From Bdellovibrionales bacterium (GTDB lineage: Bacteria; Bdellovibrionota; Bdellovibrionia; Bdellovibrionales; Bdellovibrionaceae), in NCBI GenBank assembly GCA_031370005.1, contig JANMPT010000075.1, positions 14,446-78,445 on the forward strand: a stretch of DNA of 64,000 nt, in the 5' to 3' direction. A program made the position numbers and the translations under genes. Below, in pieces: positions 29,793 through 39,554 of the stretch (position 1 is its first letter; each line of letters starts with the position of its first letter). Under the pieces are notes generated by a model that was given only the letters and a program-made list of their open reading frames with translations, made no database searches and had not been told where the DNA came from.

Positions 29793-30497
29793 ATGTCGTC
29801 CGACAAGCTCAAAAAAATTCAATCCCTCGATATTTTCCAAGACCTTAAACAAGAGGAACTTGCTGTTATTGATCGGTCCAGCGAGTACCTTCATTTAAAG
29901 AACAATGAACCACTTTTCCATGAAAATGATCCAATCAAAAATGTTTATATTATTGTTTATGGCTCGTTCAAAATACTCCGTAAAAGCAAACAAGACGATT
30001 CCGTTATTTTTAACTTTCTTGGCAGAAATGAAGTGCTTGGAATATCAATGGCGCGCTTGCCAAACCCCCAGTTCCGGGTATCCGCCATCGCCAACGAAGA
30101 GAGCTGCGTTTTAAAAATGAGTCTTCCTGATTTTAATAAATTATTTTTAAAAAACCCATTGCTCGAGCCAAGGATTCAGCTGCAGCTTACGCAACGATTC
30201 TTAGATTTTCAAGAAGATCGCTGTTCAAGAAAATCCTTAGCCGCGCAAAGGCTTGCTGATTTCCTCCTACGCACTCTTGATCGCCAACCCCTATCCTGTC
30301 GCCAACAAATCATAATTCCACTCACTCGAAACGACATCGCCCGAAGAATTGGCTCGGAAAATGAAACCGTTGTTCGCTTGATGAGCCAATGGACTAAAAA
30401 CGGATGGATAGAGACACACTCTAAACATGTGGAAATCTTAAACCGCCAGGCCCTTGAAGATTTAAAAGCCCCGCCGATGAAGGGCCAAAGCGCGTGA
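29793..30497 (+). CDS. Crp/Fnr family regulator
   Basis: cNMP-like domain; LTRNDIARRIGSENETVVR HTH; GGAGG RBS. Confidence 0.9.
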   Translation: MSSDKLKKIQSLDIFQDLKQEELAVIDRSSEYLHLKNNEPLFHENDPIKNVYIIVYGSFKILRKSKQDDSVIFNFLGRNEVLGISMARLPNPQFRVSAIANEESCVLKMSLPDFNKLFLKNPLLEPRIQLQLTQRFLDFQEDRCSRKSLAAQRLADFLLRTLDRQPLSCRQQIIIPLTRNDIARRIGSENETVVRLMSQWTKNGWIETHSKHVEILNRQALEDLKAPPMKGQSA

Positions 30498-31033
30498 AGC
30501 TTCTTATAAAAACCCTCAAATCCGAACACGAAACAATTCTTGAAGAAATAAAATTCCTAGAGGATTCCAAGCTTGTAGATGAGGCGCGGCTCAGCAGCTT
30601 GTTTCATTTTGTCGAGTTCACTCACCACGAAAAAGAAGAAGCTATTTTATTTCCCTGGATGGCTAAGCAAAATTGGCTTAGGCAGGGTGGCCCGCTGTGT
30701 GGACACTTTATGAGTGTGCGTCTTGACTTGAATCCCCTTACGCGTATGCATCAGCACTTAGAGGATTTTTATATAAAACATCTTTATTTGCCTTCTTATA
30801 ATAAAAGTTTTTCCTGGTTAAACCCACAAAACCCAATGAGTATTCCGATGGAAGAACATGAGATGGGGCATCTTCTGAGCCAGACTCTTCTATATTTAAT
30901 TCAAACTCCACAGGAAGCTCCAAAAAAAGATTTTTTTAGAACTCTTCTTGAGGACTATTTCTCGCTGCTGAGAATGCACATCCATAAAGAAGACAATTGT
31001 CTTTTTGTCCAATGTGAACAGGGCTGGTACTAG
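30494..31033 (+). CDS. hemerythrin-like (HHE) protein
   Basis: EH, HHEKEE.ILFP, EEH, HIHKED.LF; GTGA overlap with the regulator. Confidence 0.82.
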   Translation: MKLLIKTLKSEHETILEEIKFLEDSKLVDEARLSSLFHFVEFTHHEKEEAILFPWMAKQNWLRQGGPLCGHFMSVRLDLNPLTRMHQHLEDFYIKHLYLPSYNKSFSWLNPQNPMSIPMEEHEMGHLLSQTLLYLIQTPQEAPKKDFFRTLLEDYFSLLRMHIHKEDNCLFVQCEQGWY

Positions 31034-31068
31034 ACTTTCTGGCTCATGCCAGTTGTCAGTTATTGGAT

Positions 31069-32973
31069 TTAATCTTCATTTAAAATAACGCCATTGTCAG
31101 AATAGATTTGCGAACGCCGTATCTGACTGGATTTAAGCACAAGGGCAGAGCCCTGATTGAGACCTGAAAAATACAGTGCTGAACCGAGATTGGCAGTATT
31201 GTTTTGAAAGGAGGAGGCTTCAATCGACATTCCCGTCACTGACCCTGTCGCAAGGGCACCTCCAAAGAGACGGGCTGCATTTTGCGAAAAAGAACTATTT
31301 TTTACAGTCACCAAACCAAGGCCGATTAAAATTCCACCGCCACTAATAGCGGAATTTTGTATAAACTCGCAGTTTGAAAAATTAAAACCCTGATCCGTGT
31401 TAGATCCCGTGGCATAGACAGCGCCACCGAAAGCAGCAGAGTTACGACTAAAGCGTGTGGAGACTATATTGATCACTAATTTGTTTGGCTGATGAATAGC
31501 AATAGCTCCGCCATATAGATTCGCCCCACTCCATGGAACTGAGTTGTCTTCAAAGACGCTATCTTTGATCGACAGAACCCCGCCCTCACTATAAATCGCC
31601 CCGCCCATTTTACTGCTTACTTCAATATTATTATCGCCTACAGAGTTATGATCAAAATGCACATGATCAATCATGATAGAACTATTTTCCGAATAAATAG
31701 CTCCTCCCTTTGTAAGCACAAATCCATTCGTCAAGCGAAGCGACTGCAAAATGAGTTTACTATTGCCTGAAACGTTGAGGAGCCTTGATCTTCCTTCACC
31801 ATCCAATACTGTTTTTGACTGACCAATAAACTTGGCCTCTCCGGAAAAAACAATTTCTTTTCCTTTTAAATAAATGGTTTCATCTGGGAATTTCACAATA
31901 CTTGGAAAAGGACTACTTTGCTTAATTTTATTTATCAAAGCGCCACTATCAATATCAAAAGAGGTCACCGAAATCTCTCGGCCAACTCCTAATTCTAGGA
32001 CTGTAGAAATAGAACCAAATTTTAATGTGGCCTCAACCTGATACAGCTGACTTGGAATCAGCGCACTTGGAACTCCACTGATAACTCCTGTATTGACATC
32101 GAGATTTAATCCCATAGGAAGCTCAGGATAAATTGAATATTTCAACACGGGATGACTGACGGAAGGGATTATTTTTTCTATTGGCTTTTGTAGAGCAAAG
32201 ATATCCTGATCCATTGAATATTTAAAAGCAGGAGCCTGGGAGTCAAACTGTCCCCCCATACGGCAAAGCACGTCTAACTTAATCAACTGACCAGAGAGCT
32301 GAGCCATAAGGGAGCCCTTGCGCTCATAAGGCTGATTCGGTAAAGATTGGCTGTAGGCAATTTCAAGGTAGGCTTGATTGCTACCATAGGAAACGGTGCC
32401 AGGAATAAGCTTTCGATAGACTTGGCTTGACTGATAATGTTCATTCGCTTTCTCAGAAAACAGCTGAAGCGATGCGGCTTTTCCGTCTTGGCCCCACATA
32501 ACTACCGCATCAACATTGCCATAAAGAGAAGAGGTGGTTCGACACCAAGCTTCAGTGAAAACTTCACTATTTTGATCAGCCTCTGTCATCTGTTTTACAT
32601 AGAGTCCGTCTTGATAGGCCAGGACGAGGTCTGTATTTTTAGACAGCAAAAGATTCTCTGCTTTGATAGGCGCACTGTTGTCACATGCCTGAGCTGAATT
32701 TTTTGTTAGGGTGATAAGTGATCCATCGATTTTAATTTGTCCCAAAGGCATAGTCTGCCCGCCACAAGAATTCCCAGGAACTTTACGGTTATAGAGCTTG
32801 CCTTCAAAAGGTTCTCCATTGCCGGCCCCGCCCCCCTCCATGCTGGAAAATAATCTTGTGGGAGACGCAGAGATTCCTGGATCATACTTACAGTTTGTAT
32901 ATAAAAAGAAAATTGGAATAAATAAAAAAATAACGTGAAATAAAAATAAGTTTTTCCCCTGAAAACCACGCAT
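31069..32973 (-). CDS. surface lipoprotein with putative Ig (He_PIG) domain and Pmp-like beta-helix
   Basis: Signal ending YTNC; LPMGLNLDVNTGVISGVP; repeated GGA(I/V) and FxxNS motifs. Confidence 0.7.
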   Translation of the reverse strand: MRGFQGKNLFLFHVIFLFIPIFFLYTNCKYDPGISASPTRLFSSMEGGGAGNGEPFEGKLYNRKVPGNSCGGQTMPLGQIKIDGSLITLTKNSAQACDNSAPIKAENLLLSKNTDLVLAYQDGLYVKQMTEADQNSEVFTEAWCRTTSSLYGNVDAVVMWGQDGKAASLQLFSEKANEHYQSSQVYRKLIPGTVSYGSNQAYLEIAYSQSLPNQPYERKGSLMAQLSGQLIKLDVLCRMGGQFDSQAPAFKYSMDQDIFALQKPIEKIIPSVSHPVLKYSIYPELPMGLNLDVNTGVISGVPSALIPSQLYQVEATLKFGSISTVLELGVGREISVTSFDIDSGALINKIKQSSPFPSIVKFPDETIYLKGKEIVFSGEAKFIGQSKTVLDGEGRSRLLNVSGNSKLILQSLRLTNGFVLTKGGAIYSENSSIMIDHVHFDHNSVGDNNIEVSSKMGGAIYSEGGVLSIKDSVFEDNSVPWSGANLYGGAIAIHQPNKLVINIVSTRFSRNSAAFGGAVYATGSNTDQGFNFSNCEFIQNSAISGGGILIGLGLVTVKNSSFSQNAARLFGGALATGSVTGMSIEASSFQNNTANLGSALYFSGLNQGSALVLKSSQIRRSQIYSDNGVILNED

Positions 32974-33143
32974 ATTCTATTCTATCATAATCGACCGAGC
33001 GTATCTATATGAATGACTGGCTGAATGACCGAAACTGTATTGCCTCAAAATGAGATTTTTTGTGTCTGATTTTGGATATCTGTCATATTTCTGACTTATA
33101 TATATTTAACGATGACTTAGCCCAAGTGAAAATCGAGGGCGTT

Positions 33144-34664
33144 TTATTGTGACACGAAAAAGTACCTTAAATTGCGAGAGGCCCCTTGGGCTTTAAGTCT
33201 TCCCTCACCGATGGCCCAACTCAGTAGCGAATTTACTGACCGCGTAGAAATTTTTAAAAGTTCGGCAGCTTGCTTGGCCGAAAAGTTTTGATAAGGCCAA
33301 TATGATTTAAGTAATAGCAATTTGCTGACTTGACTATCAAATTTCAAATTTTTAAATTTGATAGCTCTATCTTTTCGCAGCAAAACTGCACCGGGTTTTT
33401 CAGACACCCCACTCAGCCAATAGACCCCATTTTCACCCTTAAGTTCAATCCCCGTTGAATGGCTTTGTAAGTCGACCCGAAGACGTTGAATCGATTTGAT
33501 CATTCGACCGGGCGTAGTCATCGGGTTGTAAAACTCCCCAGGATGAATCTTAGAAAAAATAGAAGCCAACATATGAGGTCTGTAAAAATCTAATGTGAGG
33601 GTAGTGAATAAACGATGGGATACACTTTGTGGTTTCAGTACAAAACTATTATCCCCCGTCTTCCCTGAATAAAGATCCCAACTCGATTCGGCTGCACACT
33701 CTTGCTCTTTGTTCATTCTCCAAATAAATTCGCCTGGCAACTTCAAGCCGTGAAAATGCCGCCATATTTTTTTTTTGAATGATTCAAAAGGAGTTCCATA
33801 AAGAAGATATATCGCAAGATTTTCGTCTTTTGTATAAACTGCTCGATAGAAGTCACAGTCGCGAAGAGTTTCCCAATGTTTAAATAACTGGGCTTGTTGG
33901 TAAACCTGTTCCAACGCTTGCAACGTTCTCGCGTTTGGCCCCAGCTGTATCAACTGAAGGATCGCCTTCCACTTTGATAAAAATAAATTTTGTTGAGGAG
34001 TTGCCGAAGACATTAATTGATTGACTATCTGGTCAATCTGCACTCGAGCCATCTCAAAGTCTTTTGCGTTTTGGGCCGTTTCGATAAGCAAGAGCGAAGA
34101 AAGTTCATAGACATTTGCCAATAACAGTGACCAATTATTCAATTTACATTTTTGCGACAATTGCCCTAGCAGCACTTCTGCCTTGGACCAATGAGCAAGA
34201 TTAACGTAACAAGCTGCTAAATTGACTTGCGCCACGCTTGTTTGATAAGCATCTAGTGCCTCCCCCCTCGAAATTTCCTCTAAGAGAGGTGCTGCCTTAC
34301 GATAATTCCATTGTGAAATATGGGCATAGGCCATAAAAAGTGCCGCCCGTGGAGATTCAGGACTCATCGGTGTCAGCCGCATTAAGGCCTCATCAACTGC
34401 ACCTATCTTCGCTAGTAGTGCCGAGTAAACAATCGTTTCTTCCTGACTAGGAGTCAGACTAGAAACGTCTGACAGAATATATGGTTTTAAAATTCGCAAA
34501 CCCAGATCTGATAAATTTGTTCTTCTCGTCAGCTCTGCAAATCGCCAAGCCAAGCTGCGCGGGATTTGCTTAATGGCCAACTGGCGAAGTCCATGTAGGA
34601 CTTCCGAGCTTCGCCCGGAACGAATTAAATCCTCATATTGAGACAATAGCTTATTCCAATCCAT
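33144..34664 (-). CDS. TPR-like protein with C-terminal winged-helix domains
   Basis: Helical repeats (A..NLAACY..L..W.KA); OmpR-like IQRLR..L...GVYWL; terminal FSAKQAAELLKISTRSV HTH. Confidence 0.65.
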   Translation of the reverse strand: MDWNKLLSQYEDLIRSGRSSEVLHGLRQLAIKQIPRSLAWRFAELTRRTNLSDLGLRILKPYILSDVSSLTPSQEETIVYSALLAKIGAVDEALMRLTPMSPESPRAALFMAYAHISQWNYRKAAPLLEEISRGEALDAYQTSVAQVNLAACYVNLAHWSKAEVLLGQLSQKCKLNNWSLLLANVYELSSLLLIETAQNAKDFEMARVQIDQIVNQLMSSATPQQNLFLSKWKAILQLIQLGPNARTLQALEQVYQQAQLFKHWETLRDCDFYRAVYTKDENLAIYLLYGTPFESFKKKIWRHFHGLKLPGEFIWRMNKEQECAAESSWDLYSGKTGDNSFVLKPQSVSHRLFTTLTLDFYRPHMLASIFSKIHPGEFYNPMTTPGRMIKSIQRLRVDLQSHSTGIELKGENGVYWLSGVSEKPGAVLLRKDRAIKFKNLKFDSQVSKLLLLKSYWPYQNFSAKQAAELLKISTRSVNSLLSWAIGEGRLKAQGASRNLRYFFVSQ

Positions 34665-34797
34665 TTAGTCCCGAGTCTCAAACTGCTACGATCTTATTAA
34701 CTTCCTAAATAGTATAGCAGTAACTCCCTATTCGCGAAATTGTTTGTCCATTTTAGCCCAGGCTTAAGTCTTATATTATGTATGTATTGGAGGACTT

Positions 34798-35721
34798 ATG
34801 AGCTTGGAGATTCTAAAACTACAAATCAAACACCTAGTGAATAAACAAGTACTGACACGTATTCCAGAGGCATCAGAAATAAGTGACGGTCTTGAACAAT
34901 CCTTGGACTATAGCAAGTCAAAAGATAGCCTGATGATCGTTCCCTACTTAGTTGCGCTCAACTTGATTGACCGAACATGCGAACCAGAAAAACGACGCAA
35001 AGCCATTGAGTTGTGTTCTGGACCAGGAAATTTCTCTGAGCTATTGGCAAGTGTTGGAAAGTTTGAACATGTCACAGGAGTGGATATGTCATCTAGAATG
35101 ATCATGCTAGCCCGAAAAAACGTCGAGTCTACAGGCTTAGAAAGCAAAATACAATTTGTGCAGGATGATGTTACTCAACTGCAAAAAATTTCTCAATCGC
35201 AAGTTGACCTTGTAACTTTCATGAATGGAGCCCACCACCTCTCTAATTTAGAAAAAGTAAAATCCGTTCTAACAAGAGCCTCTGAATTGGTAAGTTCGAA
35301 TGGAGTTGTATTTGTCATGGACCCTGTTCGTCCCAAGACCACAGCCCTTGCAAAAAAATATGTTGAAATTTTCGGGAAAGATTATTTAGTGAAAAACCTA
35401 TCCCATTTTCATAAGGACTTCAATGATTCTGTCTTCGCTGCATGGACTGCAAATGAATTAAAGTCAGCGATCCCTAAAGGCTGCAAACGTAACTGGATAC
35501 ATATTTTGCCTTTAGGATTCCCCGCGTTTCAGTTTATCATTGGTTTACCAGAGGATAGAAAAAACCTTTGGCTCAATAAAGGGATCCTCACCTCTGAAAT
35601 TAAACAGCTGCTGCCGACTTCCTATCGGATGGATTTCAAAATGTTACAAATGTCTATCAGTTTAGGAAAAAAAACAATTATAACTGATCACGGTAAATCA
35701 GGAATCCGTTTCCAGAGATAA
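34798..35721 (+). CDS. class I SAM-dependent methyltransferase
   Basis: IELCSGPG motif I, VTGVDMS, QDDV, AHHL; GGAGG RBS. Confidence 0.85.
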   Translation: MSLEILKLQIKHLVNKQVLTRIPEASEISDGLEQSLDYSKSKDSLMIVPYLVALNLIDRTCEPEKRRKAIELCSGPGNFSELLASVGKFEHVTGVDMSSRMIMLARKNVESTGLESKIQFVQDDVTQLQKISQSQVDLVTFMNGAHHLSNLEKVKSVLTRASELVSSNGVVFVMDPVRPKTTALAKKYVEIFGKDYLVKNLSHFHKDFNDSVFAAWTANELKSAIPKGCKRNWIHILPLGFPAFQFIIGLPEDRKNLWLNKGILTSEIKQLLPTSYRMDFKMLQMSISLGKKTIITDHGKSGIRFQR

Positions 35722-36086
35722 GTAATTGTGTCCTCATTCATGGGAAGGTCCAAATAAAAAACATCGCCCACAATCCGCGCATTGTTGGTCGTGATTCGCC
35801 CGATTTGCATATCTGGGTCTTGTGCACAGCTGCTTTGATTGTCCGGATTTACCCACAGAATTTGCTGAACCAGCACATTGTTTTCGAACTTATAGCTTGA
35901 TTTTCTCTCGCAAAAACCACTCTCGTCATCTCGCTTATAATACAAACGGCAAACCCCATCAGTTCCAAACTCCAAGATTTGGGTGAGACTAGGGTTCGGA
36001 GCGGGCACTTCATGTCCTTGATAGATGTAGGCGTAAAACTGCCAACTGCCAAAAATATTAATAAGAGTTGCTAGCCAAAGACTCAA
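35688..36086 (-). CDS. hypothetical protein (lipocalin-like GxW)
   Basis: IFGSW motif, two to three Cys; TTGA overlap with the peptidase. Confidence 0.6.
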   Translation of the reverse strand: MSLWLATLINIFGSWQFYAYIYQGHEVPAPNPSLTQILEFGTDGVCRLYYKRDDESGFCERKSSYKFENNVLVQQILWVNPDNQSSCAQDPDMQIGRITTNNARIVGDVFYLDLPMNEDTITYLWKRIPDLP

Positions 36087-37444
36087 AGAAAACCCCTGCT
36101 TTTCATGATCTCTTGGGCCGCAGCCAAATCCTTATCCACTAAAACCAAGGGTAGGACCTCAAGGATCTTTTTCTTAAAGTCAGAAAAATCACTCTGCGGA
36201 TCTAAACTAATAAGTAACTTCAAGGCAATATCCACACTCTTTTCAGAGCCTATTTTTTTCTTGAGTTCCCAAAGAGTCCCACTGATGATGCCACTGTCGT
36301 GATATAGCCCTCCATTTTTATCTGAAAGCTTTAATCCATTATCAAGCGTGCGACGGTATGGCCCTGGGACATAAGACACTTCTCCCATATTTGGTTGATT
36401 CAACTGCACCGCAGTCAAAAAATCTGCAAAGCCTTCATTCAAAGAACCGCCCTCATCCTGAAATGGAAGACGGGCGAGCTCATCGATCAAGGCATGGGCC
36501 GTCTCATGCATCACCACTGTCGGGTCCTGCGGCATCTTTGCATAAATCACTCCATCGCCAGAACCTATTCGAATACGACCCTGATAGTAGAAGGCCGCAT
36601 TGGTTTTCTCAGGAGCCCCTAGATGAACTTGCACATCCAGGGCGCGTGACAAGGTCACCCCAAGACGTGTTTCGAACCAATCCAGAGCTTTGTTAACGAA
36701 ATAAAATACTTGAACCTCATCAAAACGATCATCAGGAGGAGAAAACTTTAAGTTATTCGTGTTTGGAATTTTTACTTCTGACAAGCTTGTCACAAAAAGG
36801 CGCGAATTTTTAAGAGAACCCGAGCCCTCCAAATTTTTAAATGTAACATCTGTTAAAGAGCTATGAAGGGGCCCGAGAGGAAACACTGTCGCAATGGATT
36901 CCTGAAATTGTGAACCGACTCGTTCCTGTTTTTCGATCGCACCCTCTTTATTCAAGAGAATTTGCCATGGAATCCCTATTTCATCAAAATAAACACATCT
37001 CCATTTGAGTTCAAAAGAACTCCCCTTCTTCTCGAAAACCAATTCCGGTTTTTCAAATGCAATGAACTTAGCCATCTCTGGGTGCTGGCTGCGCAAACGC
37101 GAAAGGACCTGGGGCTGCTGCGCCTTGAAGTTTTCAATTTCTGCTTTATTCCCTGTGGCTCTAGTGTCAACGAGACCTGAAACAGAAAGGAGTTCGCCTT
37201 TAACGTCATAAACTTCTTTTACAAAAGCATTTTGAAGAGGGACCCCTAAGACTTGTTGAGACAAAAACTCAATTTTTTCAAATTTTGTTTGTTTTTGAAT
37301 ATCCGTTTTTAAATTTATTTTTTTAAGTTCTACAGGCAGAGGCTTGCCTGATTTCCTGGACCACTGAATCTCTTGAAAACTCGTTCTGGACTCACAGTGA
37401 ACGAGGCCACTTAAAGCAAGAAACACCAGAAGAATGTTTTTCAT
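36083..37444 (-). CDS. secreted zinc metallopeptidase (M4/M36-like), lipoprotein
   Basis: NAAFY, HETAH (HExxH), GSLNEGFAD, YHDS; signal ending LVHC. Confidence 0.85.
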   Translation of the reverse strand: MKNILLVFLALSGLVHCESRTSFQEIQWSRKSGKPLPVELKKINLKTDIQKQTKFEKIEFLSQQVLGVPLQNAFVKEVYDVKGELLSVSGLVDTRATGNKAEIENFKAQQPQVLSRLRSQHPEMAKFIAFEKPELVFEKKGSSFELKWRCVYFDEIGIPWQILLNKEGAIEKQERVGSQFQESIATVFPLGPLHSSLTDVTFKNLEGSGSLKNSRLFVTSLSEVKIPNTNNLKFSPPDDRFDEVQVFYFVNKALDWFETRLGVTLSRALDVQVHLGAPEKTNAAFYYQGRIRIGSGDGVIYAKMPQDPTVVMHETAHALIDELARLPFQDEGGSLNEGFADFLTAVQLNQPNMGEVSYVPGPYRRTLDNGLKLSDKNGGLYHDSGIISGTLWELKKKIGSEKSVDIALKLLISLDPQSDFSDFKKKILEVLPLVLVDKDLAAAQEIMKSRGFL

Positions 37445-37500
37445 ACATGACTCCAAGAAAAGACCCGATTGCGAAATCGGGTCTGAAAGTATTCCTTAGG

Positions 37501-37899
37501 CTACTCGATAGAAATACTTTTCTCAAGGAAAGTGCCATCACCGTTCATAAAACGCAAAAGATGCTTTCCACTTGCGAATTTACCGAGACTGACTTCCTTA
37601 GTGAAAGGAACCATCACCATCAAACACATCCCTTGACTCACGGACGCAATGGATTTCACTTCATGAGTGAAAGTATCTAGATTGCTGACCTCTGAGCGTT
37701 TCCAGCGATAACAACTATTTGGGAATATTCCGTTAGCAACCACAAAGACATTTGAATTGCTGTCAAATCCACCAGGAACGTAAACGTCATTGATTCCGAT
37801 TTGTATCTCTTTTTCAGCTGGGGCAACCCCGGCCTCCGCAGAAACACCGATTACCAAAAGGCTACTCAAAAGAAGTAATTTAAAATTTCCCACTTGCAT
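37501..37899 (-). CDS. secreted hypothetical protein
   Basis: Signal peptide; VPGGFDSN, PNSCY, conserved-looking Cys pair. Confidence 0.7.
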   Translation of the reverse strand: MQVGNFKLLLLSSLLVIGVSAEAGVAPAEKEIQIGINDVYVPGGFDSNSNVFVVANGIFPNSCYRWKRSEVSNLDTFTHEVKSIASVSQGMCLMVMVPFTKEVSLGKFASGKHLLRFMNGDGTFLEKSISIE

Positions 37900-37953
37900 C
37901 TCCCTTGCTGTGCTCGCACTTGTTGTTTGTTTGCGCGTTCGTACAGCTTAAGA

Positions 37954-37968
37954 GCAAAGCAAGTGCCA
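37954..37968 (-). promoter_or_regulatory. sigma54 (-24/-12) promoter
   Basis: TGGCACTTGCTTTGC on the minus strand, exact TGGCAC-N5-TTGC. Confidence 0.8.
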
Positions 37969-38081
37969 ATGTCTAACTTAATTCCATTGTGTTAGAGGAT
38001 TTTTTCAGGACAAATCTTCTCAAAAAATTATTTGCAGTTGTGGCTAATTGCCCCTGATGCGATGAGCAACAAATTAAGAAA

Positions 38082-39482
38082 CTAATCTTCTGTGAGACTT
38101 TCGTCCTCCAAAACCCAACCATACTCCCGCTCTTTCCTATATAAAGTACGACGATTCACGCCAAGAATATGGGCGGCCTTCTCTTTTCGTCCACCTGTCC
38201 GATCAAGAACATATTTAATATAGCGCTTTTCAAAATCCTCCAGAGTTGGAAGCTCTTCAGAAGCCTGGGCGAAGATCATTTCTGAGTTTGAATTTTCACC
38301 CTTTGGAAGATCTGAGACCTCAACTTGTGCGCCACGACAAAGGACAACGGCCCGTTCAATAACGTTCTCAAGCTCCCGTACATTGCCATCCCAAGGCAAA
38401 CTCATCAGAGTTTGCATCGCCTCTTTGCTGAAAGCCTCCACACGAGTTCCATTCAAAGAACTGTACTTATCTAGGAACACATGGGCCAAAAGAGGAATGT
38501 CCTCAAGGCGGTGACGTAAAGGAGGAAGAACCATCGGGATAACGCTTAGTCTATAATATAAGTCCTCGCGAAATCGCCCATCACGAATAGCAGACTTTAA
38601 ATCCTTGTGAGTCGCCGCAATGATTCTGACGTCAACTGACTTGTCGTGATTGTCCCCAACAGCGCGAATCTTTTTATCCTGCAATACTCGCAACATCTTG
38701 GCTTGCAAAGCTAAATCCATGTCACCGATCTCATCTAAAAATAAAGTCCCGCCATGGGCCTCTTCAAAGAGCCCCTTCTTATTGGCAATCGCTCCAGTAA
38801 AGGAACCCTTTACATGGCCAAAAAGCTCGGACTCAAGAAGATTCTCAGGGATAGCCGTACAATTAATGGCAATAAAAGGTTTACTAGCTCTGGCGCTCTG
38901 TGAGTGAATTGCTTTTGCAACCAGTTCTTTCCCCGTGCCACTTTCGCCTTGAATTAAGACATTCGCCATGGCTCCCGAAACCCGTTGAATAAGATCAAAT
39001 ACGGAGTGCATCGCTGCGCTCTTGCCAATAATTCCCGCATAGGAGTGAGCCGAGCGATGAACCCCTCGAAGAATTTTGTTCTGTTTATTTAGATTGCGAA
39101 ACTGCAAGGCCCTTTCAACAGTTATATCCATTTCACTCAACTTAAAAGGTTTCACAATATAACTAAAGGCACCCTTTTTGGTGGCCTCTATTGCAGATTC
39201 AATTGAACCAAAAGCTGTAATGAGAATAATAGGAATGCTTGAATCCAAGGCTTTACACTTTTCAATAAAACTGAGCCCGTCCATTCCAGGCATTCGCAGG
39301 TCTGTAATAATCAAATGAATCTGCTCTAAAGACCACGCATCGGCTTTTTGCAAATCACTGTAAGCTTCAAGTGCTGAAGTATAGGTCTCAACCTTATAGC
39401 CCTGGGGAGTTAAAAAATCCTGGAGCAAAGCCCCCATACCGGGGTCATCGTCAATCACTAAAATTCGTGACTTATTCTCCAT
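38082..39482 (-). CDS. sigma54-dependent response regulator (NtrC/AtoC family)
   Basis: REC (DDD, DLRMP), GESGTGKE, GSFTGA, FLDEIG, Fis HTH; start at MENKS after GGAGG. Confidence 0.95.
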   Translation of the reverse strand: MENKSRILVIDDDPGMGALLQDFLTPQGYKVETYTSALEAYSDLQKADAWSLEQIHLIITDLRMPGMDGLSFIEKCKALDSSIPIILITAFGSIESAIEATKKGAFSYIVKPFKLSEMDITVERALQFRNLNKQNKILRGVHRSAHSYAGIIGKSAAMHSVFDLIQRVSGAMANVLIQGESGTGKELVAKAIHSQSARASKPFIAINCTAIPENLLESELFGHVKGSFTGAIANKKGLFEEAHGGTLFLDEIGDMDLALQAKMLRVLQDKKIRAVGDNHDKSVDVRIIAATHKDLKSAIRDGRFREDLYYRLSVIPMVLPPLRHRLEDIPLLAHVFLDKYSSLNGTRVEAFSKEAMQTLMSLPWDGNVRELENVIERAVVLCRGAQVEVSDLPKGENSNSEMIFAQASEELPTLEDFEKRYIKYVLDRTGGRKEKAAHILGVNRRTLYRKEREYGWVLEDESLTED

Positions 39483-39554
39483 ACAATTTGCCTCCACTAG
39501 AGATCTTCGAGTAACAGATTGAATTCGAGCTGTCTATTGTTTAAGATGGACCTC

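Noticed and set aside
29521..29898. Two opposite-strand ORFs sharing IRINIDPY
   Set aside because: Artefact of the 28-bp DNA palindrome
33009..33053. 14-aa peptide MNDWLNDRNCIASK as ligand of the TPR regulator
   Set aside because: No convincing RBS or export signal; better explained as promoter DNA
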